A DNA stretch of 64,000 bases from Frankiaceae bacterium (lineage in GTDB: Bacteria > Actinomycetota > Actinomycetes > BP-191). Position numbers and translations under genes: made by a program. The stretch lies in assembly GCA_035940575.1 (NCBI GenBank), contig DASZER010000016.1, forward strand, positions 18,258 to 82,257, given 5' to 3'. Numbering within the stretch: the first letter of the stretch is position 1; the number at the start of each line of letters is the position of its first letter. Of the stretch, positions 1 to 9,453 are shown in pieces. The notes beneath the pieces are model-generated. The model did no database searches and was not told where the DNA came from. It worked only from the letters and a program-made list of their open reading frames with translations.

Positions 1-884
1 TACGTGTTCGCCGCCGCGAAGTTGGAGTACTCCCACGGCAGCGCGCGGCACGCCGACACCGCGAGCAGGAAGTCGTTGAGCAGCTCGTCGTCGGGCGCCG
101 GGTCGGGCCTCGCCGGCGGCGGGCCCACATCCCCTGGCGTCACGCGGACCGAGAGCAGGTCCTCCTCGTCGCCGCCGGGGTACCGCGCGCGCAGCTCCAC
201 GCCGCCGCGCCACCGCTCCACGACCACGGCCTCCGCGAGGTAGTCGTCGTCCTGCTGGTCGCGGCACGCGCGCCGCGCGTCCGCCACCTCGTCGGCGACC
301 GCCCCGCGCAGCGGCGCGAGGTCGACCGTCCAGCGGTCCCTGTCGCCTGTGGGCCGGAAGTCCGGCTCCAACGCGTCGAGCTCCGCCTCGACGGCGTCCT
401 CGACCTTCAGGGCGGGCTTCTCGCAGCCCTCCGCCGGGCGCAGGAGCCAGATGGCGACGGGCGGCGCCAGCAGCGGCGCGACGTGATCGCGGAACGGCCA
501 CTGGAACTCCGACCCGCCGTAGAACCTCCCGCTCGCCAACGGCATCAGGCGCTCGTTCGCGACGCCCGCCCCTCGCGCGTCGAGGTGCGCGACGAGCGCC
601 CCGACCTCGCGGCGGACGAGCGCGGCGTCGTACGGCTCCGACCTGGTGTAGACGTTGCCGGCCTGCGTCCGCCAGAACACGCCCGACCAGCGCGCCGCCG
701 GCGTCGGGTCGCTCCCCTCGGCCGGGAACGCGAAGCGCCCGGCGCGCACGTCGTCGGGGAGGAACGACAGCACCGACCGCGCGCCGTCGAGCACCGCGTC
801 GAGCGGGTCGCCGGACCGTTGCGGCGTCACGAGCGCCACCGACGCCACCGCCACGGCGAGCGCGGCGACGGTCGTGCGGTTCAT
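1..884 (-). CDS. Secreted hypothetical protein, 3' end truncated by the window edge
   Basis: The reverse strand reads ATG (882-884) then MNRTTVAALAVAVASVALVTP, a signal-peptide-like start, and stays open to position 1. The ATG overlaps the phzF stop as ATGA. It is absent from the ORF track only because it has no stop inside the window. Confidence 0.45.
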   Translation of the reverse strand, partial: MNRTTVAALAVAVASVALVTPQRSGDPLDAVLDGARSVLSFLPDDVRAGRFAFPAEGSDPTPAARWSGVFWRTQAGNVYTRSEPYDAALVRREVGALVAHLDARGAGVANERLMPLASGRFYGGSEFQWPFRDHVAPLLAPPVAIWLLRPAEGCEKPALKVEDAVEAELDALEPDFRPTGDRDRWTVDLAPLRGAVADEVADARRACRDQQDDDYLAEAVVVERWRGGVELRARYPGGDEEDLLSVRVTPGDVGPPPARPDPAPDDELLNDFLLAVSACRALPWEYSNFAAANT

Positions 885-1753
885 GCCGCGGGCGTACCCC
901 GCACGTCGTCGGGCACGCGGATCACGCCCGCCGCGACGGCCACGGCGCCGCCCGCGACGCGGCACTCGACGGCCTCGCCGCCGCGCGTCACGACGGTGCC
1001 CTCGATGCGGCTGGGACGGCCCATCTCGACGCCCTGGCTGACGGCGTACGTCGTCTCGCCGTCGGCGGGGACGTAGCCTGCCGCCGCGAGCCACGCGCCG
1101 AACGCCGCCGCCGCCGAGCCCGTCGCCGGGTCCTCCAGGACTCCGGCACCCGCCGCGAACACCCGCGCGTGCGACGTGCGCGCCGCCGCGTCCCACGCGA
1201 ACACCACGACGCCCGCCGTCCCGCCCGACACCTCGCGCAGCCGTACCGAGTCGGGTACCGCGCGCGCGACGTCGGCGGCGGACACCTCGACGTAGACGAA
1301 CGGCAGCCCCGCGGTGCACTCCCGCGCCTCGCCCTCGCCGTCGAGGCCGGCCGCGCGGAGGTACGGCGCGCCGTCGACCGGCGCCGACACCGACGGCGTC
1401 CCCGCCGTCAGCTCGACGCGCTCGGCGGAGACGGAAAGCGGGAGGTCGCCGGCGCCGCAGCGTTGCGTGACCGCGCCGGCGCGGAGGCGTTCGAGCGAGT
1501 GCAGCAGCCACGCGGTGCCGACCGACGGGTGGCCCGCGAACGGCAGCTCCGTCTCCGGCGTGAAGATCCGCAGCGTGTACGACTCCTGCGTGACGGCGAG
1601 CGGGAACGCCGTCTCCGACAGGTTGAACTCCTTGGCGATCGCCTGGAGCGACGCCGTCGGCACGTCCTCCGCGTCGAGCACCACGGCGAGCGGGTTGCCC
1701 GCGTAGGCGCGGTCGGTGAACACGTCGACCACGTGGTACGGCAGCTCCTTCAC
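881..1753 (-). CDS. PhzF family phenazine-biosynthesis-like isomerase
   Basis: 290 aa. The N-terminus MKELPYHVVDVFTDRAYAGNPLAVV and the overall length are typical of PhzF/YddE proteins. Confidence 0.85.
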   Translation of the reverse strand: MKELPYHVVDVFTDRAYAGNPLAVVLDAEDVPTASLQAIAKEFNLSETAFPLAVTQESYTLRIFTPETELPFAGHPSVGTAWLLHSLERLRAGAVTQRCGAGDLPLSVSAERVELTAGTPSVSAPVDGAPYLRAAGLDGEGEARECTAGLPFVYVEVSAADVARAVPDSVRLREVSGGTAGVVVFAWDAAARTSHARVFAAGAGVLEDPATGSAAAAFGAWLAAAGYVPADGETTYAVSQGVEMGRPSRIEGTVVTRGGEAVECRVAGGAVAVAAGVIRVPDDVRGTPAA

Positions 1754-1788
1754 GGCTCCCAGCCTAGGGCGGCGGTAGCCTCGCGAGC

Positions 1789-3042
1789 ATGACGACGGCC
1801 ACCACGCGCGTGTTCTGCGCGCGACTCTCGGGGCTCGTCGTGTTCGACCCCAACGGCGACCAGGTCGGCCGCGTCCGCGACGTCGTCGCGATCCTGCGCC
1901 TCGGCGGCCAGCCGCCGCGCGTGCTCGGCCTCGTGCTCGACGTGCAGCGGCGGCGGATCTTCGTGCCGATCCTGCGGGTGCGCTCGTTCGACGCGTCGCA
2001 GGTCGTCCTCGCGAGCGGGACGGTCTCGCTGCGCCGCTTCGAGCGCCGCGCCGAGGAGACGCTCGTCCTCCAGGACCTGCTCGACCGCCGCGTCGACGTG
2101 CTCGAGACCGGCGAGCAGGTCGTCGTCTACGACTGCGCGATGGAGCAGACGCGTACCGGCGACTGGCAGCTCACCCGCGTCGCCGTGCGCCGGCCGGGGC
2201 GCGGCGTTCGCAGGCGCGGCCACGAGCAGGAGCTGCGCTGGGACGAGGTCAGCGGCTTCGCCCTCACCGAGGACAACCAGGGCGCCGACAACCTGCTGGC
2301 GGCGTACGAGGGCCTGCGCCCCGCCGACCTCGCGAACGAGCTGCACAACCTCTCCGACAAGCGCCGCATCGAGGTCGCCGCGGCGCTCGACGACGAGCGG
2401 CTCGCGGACGTCCTGGAGGAGCTGCCCGAGGACGAGCAGGTCGAGATCATCGAGACCCTCGACGCCGAGCGCGCCGCCGACGTCCTCGAGGCGATGTCGC
2501 CCGACGACGCCGCCGACCTGCTCGCCGAGATGTCGGAGGCCGACGCCGCGCGCCTGCTGGAGCGGATGGAGCCCGACGAGGCGGAGCCGGTACGCCGCCT
2601 GCTCCTCTACGCCGACAACACGGCCGGCGGTCTCATGACGACCGAGCCGATCATCCTGCTGCCGAACGCCACCGTCGCCGAGGCGCTCGCGCACGTCCGC
2701 AACCCCGACCTCTCCCCCGCGCTCGCGTCGCAGGTCTACGTCTGCCGCGCGCCCACGGAGACGCCGACCGGACGCTTCCTCGGCATCTGCCACATCCAGC
2801 GGCTGCTCCGCGAGCCCCCGTCGGCGCTCGTGTCCTCGATCGTGGACACCGACCTCGACCCGCTCGGCGCCGACGCGTCGCTGCGCCAGGTCACGCAGCA
2901 CCTGGCGACGTACAACCTCACGGCGGTCCCGATCGTGGACGAGGGCCACCACCTGCTCGGCGCGGTCACGGTCGACGACGTGCTCGACCACCTCCTGCCC
3001 GAGAACTGGCGCGAGGAGGAGGTGGACGGTGGCGCGGGCTAG
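1789..3042 (+). CDS. MgtE N-terminal domain plus CBS-pair protein (soluble MgtE-like, no membrane domain)
   Basis: 417 aa. The acidic helical MgtE_N region (LEELPEDEQVEIIETLDAERAADVLEAMSPDDAADLLAEM) is followed by CBS-like segments. There is no transmembrane part. Confidence 0.75.
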   Translation: MTTATTRVFCARLSGLVVFDPNGDQVGRVRDVVAILRLGGQPPRVLGLVLDVQRRRIFVPILRVRSFDASQVVLASGTVSLRRFERRAEETLVLQDLLDRRVDVLETGEQVVVYDCAMEQTRTGDWQLTRVAVRRPGRGVRRRGHEQELRWDEVSGFALTEDNQGADNLLAAYEGLRPADLANELHNLSDKRRIEVAAALDDERLADVLEELPEDEQVEIIETLDAERAADVLEAMSPDDAADLLAEMSEADAARLLERMEPDEAEPVRRLLLYADNTAGGLMTTEPIILLPNATVAEALAHVRNPDLSPALASQVYVCRAPTETPTGRFLGICHIQRLLREPPSALVSSIVDTDLDPLGADASLRQVTQHLATYNLTAVPIVDEGHHLLGAVTVDDVLDHLLPENWREEEVDGGAG

Positions 3043-3586
3043 GGACCGGCTGGACCAGCCGCGCGTCCTGCGCCGGGGCCTGCCGCGCCCGCACTACGAC
3101 CCGGACGCGTTCGGGCGGTTCTCGGAGACGATCGCGCGGTTCATCGGGACCGCGCGGTTCCTCGTCATCCAGACGATCATCTGCCTGCTCTGGGTCGGCT
3201 ACAACGGCTACTTCGGGCTGCAGGCGCACCGCGCGAACGAGGAGTGCCGCGACCTGCGCCGCGCCAGCCCGGCCGCCGAGTGCCGCGACGACAGGGACGT
3301 GTTCGACCCGTACCCGTTCATCCTGCTGACGCTCGCGCTGTCGCTGCAGGCGGCGTACGCCGCGCCGCTGATCCTGCTCGCGCAGAACCGCCAGGCCGAC
3401 CGAGACCGGGTCTCGATGGAGGAGGACAGGGCGCAGTACGCGCGCTCCGTCGCGGACACCGAGTACCTCACCCGCGAGGTCGCGGCCGTCCGCCTCGCCC
3501 TGGGCGACGTCGCGACCCGCGACTTCCTGCGCTCCGAGCTCGCGCGCCTCGCCGAGGACCTCAAGGACGACGACAGCGGCGCGTAG
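3029..3586 (+). CDS. DUF1003 family membrane protein
   Basis: 185 aa with two TM helices and a conserved charged C-terminal coil. Its start overlaps the end of the preceding MgtE_N/CBS gene, and this pairing is common. Confidence 0.7.
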   Translation: MARARDRLDQPRVLRRGLPRPHYDPDAFGRFSETIARFIGTARFLVIQTIICLLWVGYNGYFGLQAHRANEECRDLRRASPAAECRDDRDVFDPYPFILLTLALSLQAAYAAPLILLAQNRQADRDRVSMEEDRAQYARSVADTEYLTREVAAVRLALGDVATRDFLRSELARLAEDLKDDDSGA

Positions 3587-3590
3587 CCGG

Positions 3591-4169
3591 CTAGCGCAGG
3601 CGCCAGGAGCCGTCGCCGAACGCGTCGTCCAGCGCCTGGTCCGCGATGCCCGCGACGGAGTGCCCGTACGCCGGCTCGCCCGCGTCGGCGAGCGCCGCGA
3701 AGTCGTAGAACAGCGAGCCCGTCGTGATCTGCGGCGGCAGCACGTCGACCGGGATCGACCACGTGATCGTGCTGCCGGTGACGGTCAGCGTGATGACGCT
3801 GTCGTAGACCTCGTCCGCGCACTCGGCCCACACCTCGCCCGGGACGGTGCCGCCGAGCGTCATGAGCAGCGCGCCCGGCGTGTACCTGAACCACACGACG
3901 CCGCAGTCGCGCACGACGGACGACAGCTCGTAGGTGTACGGCACGCCGTCCTTCGGCGGCGCGGCGAGCGTCATCGTCGCGACCAGGGCCTTGTCGTTGC
4001 CGCGGCCGCTGGTGCTCCACCTGGCGCTCACGATGTCGAGCTCGGCGGCGCCGGTGACGGCGTCGCCCTTCGGGTCGGTGATCTGCGGGCGGTTCGGCGA
4101 GGCGTACGCCGACGGCGCGAGCAGCGCGGTCGCGGCGGCGACGGCGGCGAGGAGCCGCGGTCGCGTCAC
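3591..4169 (-). CDS. Secreted protein, paralog A of a repeated ~200-aa family
   Basis: The GTG start at 4169 overlaps the stop of paralog B as GTGA. The signal peptide is LLAAVAAATALLAPSAYA. It has the family motifs PQITDPKGD, LDIVSARWS and TITWSIPV. The 333-aa track ORF is an upstream over-extension. Confidence 0.7.
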   Translation of the reverse strand: MTRPRLLAAVAAATALLAPSAYASPNRPQITDPKGDAVTGAAELDIVSARWSTSGRGNDKALVATMTLAAPPKDGVPYTYELSSVVRDCGVVWFRYTPGALLMTLGGTVPGEVWAECADEVYDSVITLTVTGSTITWSIPVDVLPPQITTGSLFYDFAALADAGEPAYGHSVAGIADQALDDAFGDGSWRLR

Positions 4170-4738
4170 GCCATCCGCCAGGAGCCGTCGCCCTGCGCGT
4201 AGTCGAGCGGCTCGTCGGCGATGCCGGCGACCGAGTAGCCGAAGATCGGCTCGCTCGCGTCGGCCAGCGCCTCGAACTTCGTGAACACCGCGCCCGGCCT
4301 GACCTGGGAGGGCAGCACCGCGACCGGCATCGACCACGTGATCGTGGTGCCCTTCACGGTCGTGGTGACGACGTCGTCGTAGATGCCGTCGCCGCAGGCG
4401 GCCCAGCCGGTGCTGACGTTGCCGTCCTGCCGCGCCGAGACGCTGCCCGGGTGGTAGGAGAACGACACCTCGCCGCAGTCGCGGACGTCCGCGCGGACGT
4501 GGTACGCGAACGGCACGCCGTCCTTCGGCGCCGCGGCGAGCGTCATCGTCACGACGAGCGCCTCGTCCGCGCCGCGACCGGCGGTGCTCCACCGCGCGCT
4601 GACGATGTCGAGCTCGGCCATCCCGCCGCGGACGTCGCCCTTGGCGTCGCGGACCTGGGGGCGGTCGGAGGCGCCGTACGCCGCAGGCGCGAGCAGCGCG
4701 GTCGCGGCCGCAACGGCCGCCACGAGTCGGAGTGCCAC
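4166..4738 (-). CDS. Secreted protein, paralog B
   Basis: GTG start at 4738 sits 2 nt after the stop of paralog C and is preceded by a GGAGGA ribosome-binding site. It has the signal peptide and the PQVRDAKGD, LDIVSARWST and TITWSMPV motifs. The 530-aa track ORF is over-extended. Confidence 0.7.
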   Translation of the reverse strand: MALRLVAAVAAATALLAPAAYGASDRPQVRDAKGDVRGGMAELDIVSARWSTAGRGADEALVVTMTLAAAPKDGVPFAYHVRADVRDCGEVSFSYHPGSVSARQDGNVSTGWAACGDGIYDDVVTTTVKGTTITWSMPVAVLPSQVRPGAVFTKFEALADASEPIFGYSVAGIADEPLDYAQGDGSWRMA

Positions 4739-4740
4739 GG

Positions 4741-5367
4741 TTAGCTCATCCTCCACGTGCCGTCGCCTACGCCGTTGTCGAACGACTGGCTCGCGCCCGA
4801 CGCCAGCGGGATGCCGAACACCGGGTCGCCCGCGTCGGCTGCGGCCGTGAAGTCGTAGAAGACCGAGCCCGTCCGGACCTCCGACGGCAGCGCCGCGACC
4901 GGCACCGACCACGTCATCGTGTTGCCCGCGACCGCGAACGTCACCTCCTCGACCAGCAGCGTCGAGCCCGTCGTGTCGGACGTGCCCGCGCCGCACTCGA
5001 GCCACATCGTCGCGGTCTGGTCGGCGTCGGAGATCGCGGGCTGGCCGAGCTCGTCGAGGTACGTCACGAGCGCGCCCGGCGAGTACTCGAAGATGACGGT
5101 GCCGCAGCCGCGCACCTGGGACTTGAGCTCGTACGCGAACGGCGCGTCCTTCATCGGCACGGCCGCGAGCGTCAGCGACGCGACGAGCCGCGCGCCCGCG
5201 CCGCGCCCGGCGGTGCTCCAGCGCGCGGAGACGATGTCGAGCGAGGCGACGCCGCCGCGCACGTCGCCCTTGGGGTCGGTGATCTGCGGGCGGCCGGTGG
5301 CCGCGCCCGCGGGGGTGGCCAGCACGGCGGTGGCGGCGGCGAGCGCCGCGACGAGACGGAGTCGCAT
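4741..5367 (-). CDS. Secreted protein, paralog C
   Basis: 208-aa ORF starting MRLRLVAALAAATAVLATPAGA (signal peptide). It has the PQITDPKGD, LDIVSARWST and TMTWSVPV motifs. Confidence 0.75.
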   Translation of the reverse strand: MRLRLVAALAAATAVLATPAGAATGRPQITDPKGDVRGGVASLDIVSARWSTAGRGAGARLVASLTLAAVPMKDAPFAYELKSQVRGCGTVIFEYSPGALVTYLDELGQPAISDADQTATMWLECGAGTSDTTGSTLLVEEVTFAVAGNTMTWSVPVAALPSEVRTGSVFYDFTAAADAGDPVFGIPLASGASQSFDNGVGDGTWRMS

Positions 5368-5403
5368 GGGGGCAGGGGCCTTTCGGGGGTGGTGGGGGTC
5401 GAG

Positions 5404-6030
5404 CTAGCGCAGGCGCCAGGTGCCGTCGCCGTACGCGCTGTCGAGCGACCCGCCCGCGATGGACTGCGGGGAGTGGCCGACGACGGGGTCGCCGACGTCG
5501 GCGATGGCGCTGAAGTCGTAGAACACCGAGCCGACCTCGATCCGGTCGGGCAGCGCCGAGACGGGGACGGACCAGGAGATGGTGTTGCCCGCCTGGACGA
5601 ACTGCAGCTCCTTGTAGAGCAGCGCCCTGCCGTCGGAGTCCTCGGCGCCGGAGCCGCACGCGGTCCACACCGTCGCGGTCGTGTCGCCGTCCGAGACCAG
5701 CGGGTGGTTGACGTCGTCCGCGCGCGTCATCACGGTGCCCGGCGTGTACTGGAACCACAGGGTCCCGCAGTCGCGCACCTGCGACTTCATGTCGTAGATG
5801 TACGGCACGTCCTTCTTCGGCGGGGCCGCGAGCGTCAGCGTCGCGACGAGGCGCATCGCGTCGCCCTTGCCCGTCGTGCTCCAGCGGGCGCTCACGATGT
5901 CGAGCTCGGCCATGCCGCCCTTGACGTCGCCCTTGGGGTCGCGGACCTGCGGGCGGTCGGTCGCGGCGTTGGCCGGCACCGCGAGAAGCAGGGTCGCGGC
6001 GGCCAGCGCGGGAACGAGTCGAAGTCGCAT
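5404..6030 (-). CDS. Secreted protein, paralog D
   Basis: ATG at 6030 is preceded by a GGGAGG ribosome-binding site. It begins MRLRLVPALAAATLLLAVPANA and has the same motif set (PQVRDPKGD, LDIVSARWST, ISWSVPV). Confidence 0.75.
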   Translation of the reverse strand: MRLRLVPALAAATLLLAVPANAATDRPQVRDPKGDVKGGMAELDIVSARWSTTGKGDAMRLVATLTLAAPPKKDVPYIYDMKSQVRDCGTLWFQYTPGTVMTRADDVNHPLVSDGDTTATVWTACGSGAEDSDGRALLYKELQFVQAGNTISWSVPVSALPDRIEVGSVFYDFSAIADVGDPVVGHSPQSIAGGSLDSAYGDGTWRLR

Positions 6031-6113
6031 CTGAGGGGCCTCCCTATGGGGTGGTACGGCATCCAAGAGCCCCGGGGACGGCGGGTGGTTCGCTCGTCCG
6101 TAGAATCGCCGCC

Positions 6114-6974
6114 ATGACCGTCGCGGCCGCGGAGCGCGGAACGGCGCAGTCCCGGCTGCGCTGGGAGCTGCTCGCCAACCTCGTCCGCAAGGACCTCAAG
6201 GTGAAGTACCAGAGCAGCGCGCTCGGCTTCATCTGGTCGCTCGCCACGCCGTTGCTGCTGCTGACCGTCTACTACCTCGTCTTCGGCTTCATCCTCCGCA
6301 ACGGCGTCCCGAACTTCGCGGTCTACCTGATGGCCGGCCTGCTGCCCTGGAACGCGTTCTCCACGGCCGCCGTCTACGGCTGCGGCTCCGTCGTCGCCAA
6401 CGCGAACCTCGTCAAGAAGGTCCGCTTCCCCACCTCGGTGCTGCCGCTGTCGGCGGTCGGCTACGCCGCCGTCCACTTCGTGCTGCAGATGGGCGTGTTC
6501 TTCGCGTTCCTCGCGCTGTTCCACCGCAAGGCGTTCGGGCCGCAGCTCGTCCTGCTGCTGCCGGCGACGCTCGTGCTGATCGTGTTCGCGAGCGGCGTCG
6601 CGATCCTCGTTGCCGCGCTGACCGTGCGCTACCGCGACGTGCAGCACCTCCTCGAGGTGCTGCTGCTCGCGTGGTTCTGGCTGAACCCCGTCATCTACGG
6701 CATGCAGCTCGTCCGCGCGCAGCTCCTCCCGCGCGGCGCGTACTGGGCGTACTTCCTCAACCCGATGGCCGGCGTCGTCACGGCGTACCAGCGCGCGCTC
6801 TACGTCACGCCCGACGTCCCGACGGTCGTCGGGCCGCAGCAGGTGCTGGCGTACCACGGCTACGGCGGCTACCTGCTCCAGCTCGGCGTCGGCATGGCCG
6901 TCTCGCTGGTGACGCTCGCGGTCGCCGTCGTGGTGTTCAAGCGGATGCGCGGCGACTTCGCCGAGGAGCTCTAG
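6114..6974 (+). CDS. wzm: ABC-2 type polysaccharide exporter permease (Wzm/TagG/RfbD-like)
   Basis: Six TM helices and the KDLKVKYQSSALGFIWS ABC-2 signature. It is divergent from the paralog array and is followed by the ATPase with a TAGTG overlap. Confidence 0.8.
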   Translation: MTVAAAERGTAQSRLRWELLANLVRKDLKVKYQSSALGFIWSLATPLLLLTVYYLVFGFILRNGVPNFAVYLMAGLLPWNAFSTAAVYGCGSVVANANLVKKVRFPTSVLPLSAVGYAAVHFVLQMGVFFAFLALFHRKAFGPQLVLLLPATLVLIVFASGVAILVAALTVRYRDVQHLLEVLLLAWFWLNPVIYGMQLVRAQLLPRGAYWAYFLNPMAGVVTAYQRALYVTPDVPTVVGPQQVLAYHGYGGYLLQLGVGMAVSLVTLAVAVVVFKRMRGDFAEEL

Positions 6975-8176
6975 TGGGTCAGCCCGCGATCAGCGCGCGG
7001 GAGGTCAGCAAGCGGTTCCTCATCCACCGCAAGCGCGCGACGAGCCTCAAGGAACGCTTCATCAACCGCGGCGCGCAGGCCGAGGAGTTCTGGGCGGTCC
7101 GCGACCTCTCCCTCGACGTCGAGCCCGGCGAGACCGTCGGCCTCGTCGGCGCCAACGGCTCCGGCAAGTCGACGACGTTGAAGCTGCTCGCCGGCATCCT
7201 CCAGCCGACTTCGGGCACGGTCACCGTCAACGGCCGCATCGCGTCGCTGCTGGAGCTCGGCGCCGGCTTCAACGGCGAGCTCTCCGGCCGCGACAACGTC
7301 TACCTCAACGCCTCGCTGCTCGGCCTGTCGCGCAAGGAGGTGGACAGGCACTTCGACGACATCGTGGCGTTCAGCGAGCTGGCGCCGTTCATCGACAACC
7401 AGGTCAAGAACTACTCCTCGGGCATGTACGTCCGCCTCGGCTTCGCCGTCGCCGTGCACATCGACCCCGACATCCTGCTGGTGGACGAGGTGCTCGCGGT
7501 CGGCGACGAGGCGTTCCAGCGCAAGTGCCTCGACAAGATCGAGCAGTTCCAGCGCGACGGGCGCACGATCCTGTTCGTCTCGCACTCGCTGGAGCTGGTC
7601 GAGCAGATCTGCTCGCGCTCGGTCGTCCTCGACCACGGGCGCGTCCGCTACATCGGCGAGCCCGAGTTCGCGACCGGCACGCTGCGCGGCATCCTCGGCA
7701 CCGACAAGCCGCGCGAGACGGCGGTTCCCACGATCGTGGACGACCCGCGCGGCGGCGCGTACATCCACGGCGCGACCGTCAGCGACCGCCCGGGCGGCGA
7801 GCCGCGCAGCGACTTCTTCGGCGGCGAGCCGCTGTCGGTGCGCGTCGAGGTCGAGGTGCTCGACGGCACCGACCCGATCGGCGGCCAGGTGACGCTGATC
7901 GTGCTCGGCGCGGGCGACATCCCGATCTGGGTGATGGGCCAGGACGGCCGGGGCGTCGTCCCGCCGGTGCCGGGGCGCTACCACGTCGACTTCGTCGTGC
8001 CCGAGCTGCCGCCGGTCGTCGGGTCGTTCATCTTCGCGGTGTCGGTCAACGACCCCGACACCGACGACGTCCTCGCCCACGCGCGCTTCTACGAGACGCT
8101 GCACTTCAAGGGCAACACCAACCTCGGCATCGTGGACGTCCGCTACACGGCGGAGACGTGGCGGGCCGACGGGTGA
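6974..8176 (+). CDS. wzt: ABC transporter ATP-binding protein (Wzt/TagH/RfbE-like) with a C-terminal substrate-binding extension
   Basis: Walker A GANGSGKST, signature YSSGMYVRLGFAV, Walker B ILLVDE. A ~170-aa C-terminal extension resembles a Wzt_C carbohydrate-binding domain. The GTG start overlaps the permease stop. Confidence 0.85.
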   Translation: MGQPAISAREVSKRFLIHRKRATSLKERFINRGAQAEEFWAVRDLSLDVEPGETVGLVGANGSGKSTTLKLLAGILQPTSGTVTVNGRIASLLELGAGFNGELSGRDNVYLNASLLGLSRKEVDRHFDDIVAFSELAPFIDNQVKNYSSGMYVRLGFAVAVHIDPDILLVDEVLAVGDEAFQRKCLDKIEQFQRDGRTILFVSHSLELVEQICSRSVVLDHGRVRYIGEPEFATGTLRGILGTDKPRETAVPTIVDDPRGGAYIHGATVSDRPGGEPRSDFFGGEPLSVRVEVEVLDGTDPIGGQVTLIVLGAGDIPIWVMGQDGRGVVPPVPGRYHVDFVVPELPPVVGSFIFAVSVNDPDTDDVLAHARFYETLHFKGNTNLGIVDVRYTAETWRADG

Positions 8177-9453
8177 CCGCCCGCGCGACCGTCGTCGTCG
8201 TGAACTGGAACGGCGGCCACCTGCTCCCGCCCTGCCTCGACGCGCTGCGCGCGCAGGACGTCCAGGACTTCGAGACCGTCGTCGTGGACAACGCCTCCTC
8301 CGACGGCTCGGTCGAGATGCTGCGCCGCGACTACCCCGAGGTCCGCGTCGTCGAGACCGGCGCCAACCTCGGCTTCGCCGGCGGCAACAACGCGGCGCTG
8401 CGGACGTTCGCGACGCCCTACGCGGTGCTTCTCAACAACGACGCGGTCCCCGAGCCCTCGTGGCTGCGCAACACGCTCGACGCCTGCGCCGACGGCGTCG
8501 TCGTGACGCCGAAGATCGTGTTCCTGCCGCGCTTCGTGCGCCTCACGCTGACGACCGACGGGTTCGTCCCCGGCGGCGCGGACCCGCGCGAGCTCGGCGT
8601 GCGCATCCACGGCGTCCAGGTGGACGGCGCTCCCGCTCGTGCGCTCTGGGAGCGGCTGACGTACGGCGACGAGGGCGGCTACACGTGGACCCGCCCGAGC
8701 GGCGAGTGGCTGCTGCCGGTGGGGCGTTCGGTCACGCTCACCTGGGCCGCCGAGCGCGACAAGGACGTGACGATCGGGTGGCCCGGCGGCTCGGCGACGC
8801 TGCGCGTGACGGAGGCGGGGGGCGAGGCGACGTTCGCGCTGCCCGAGGACGTCGAGACCGTGGACGTCGTGAACAACGTCGGCGGCATCGTGACGACGCT
8901 GGGCTACGGCGCCGACCGCGGCTTCCAGGAGGTCGACGAGGGCCAGTACGACAAGCCGGAGGACGTGTTCACGTTCTGCGGCAACGGCGCGGCGTTCCCC
9001 CGCTCGGTGATCGAGAAGGTCGGGGTCTTCGACGACGACTTCTTCCTCTACTACGAGGACACCGACCTGTCGTGGCGTGTCCGCGCGGCCGGCTACGACA
9101 TCCGCTACGAGCCGACCGCCGTGCTGCGCCACCACCACAGCGCGAGCAGCGGCGAGGCGTCGTACGTCTTCCGGTTCCACGTCGACCGCAACCGGCTGCT
9201 GATGCTGACCAAGAACGCCACGTGGCGCCTCGCGCTGCCGCAGGTGCTCCGCTACCCGGTGACGACCGCGTCGATCGCGGTGCGCGCGGTGCGGACCCGC
9301 AACCGCGCGGCTCTCGCCGACACCAAGCGCCGCCTCCGCGTGATGGCGTCGTACCTGCGCCTGCTGCCCCGCATGCTCGCGCGCCGTCGCGCGGTCGAGC
9401 GCGTCGTGTCCCGGCGCGAGCTCGAGCGCCGGTGGCTGGTCGAGCACCGGTGA
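8173..9453 (+). CDS. Family 2 glycosyltransferase
   Basis: Starts TVVVVNWNGGHLLPPCLDALRAQDVQDFETVVVDNASSDGS and has the YYEDTDLSWR (DxD/ED) region. GTG start overlaps the wzt stop as GTGA. The 642-aa track ORF is over-extended. Confidence 0.8.
   Translation: MTARATVVVVNWNGGHLLPPCLDALRAQDVQDFETVVVDNASSDGSVEMLRRDYPEVRVVETGANLGFAGGNNAALRTFATPYAVLLNNDAVPEPSWLRNTLDACADGVVVTPKIVFLPRFVRLTLTTDGFVPGGADPRELGVRIHGVQVDGAPARALWERLTYGDEGGYTWTRPSGEWLLPVGRSVTLTWAAERDKDVTIGWPGGSATLRVTEAGGEATFALPEDVETVDVVNNVGGIVTTLGYGADRGFQEVDEGQYDKPEDVFTFCGNGAAFPRSVIEKVGVFDDDFFLYYEDTDLSWRVRAAGYDIRYEPTAVLRHHHSASSGEASYVFRFHVDRNRLLMLTKNATWRLALPQVLRYPVTTASIAVRAVRTRNRAALADTKRRLRVMASYLRLLPRMLARRRAVERVVSRRELERRWLVEHR

Noticed and set aside
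4-243. 79-aa plus-strand ORF at the window start
   Set aside because: Ser/Arg-rich low-complexity translation. It lies antisense to a much better secreted-protein frame.
1169-1792. 207-aa plus-strand ORF opposite phzF
   Set aside because: Arg-rich antisense shadow. The minus-strand frame has a clear PhzF family match.
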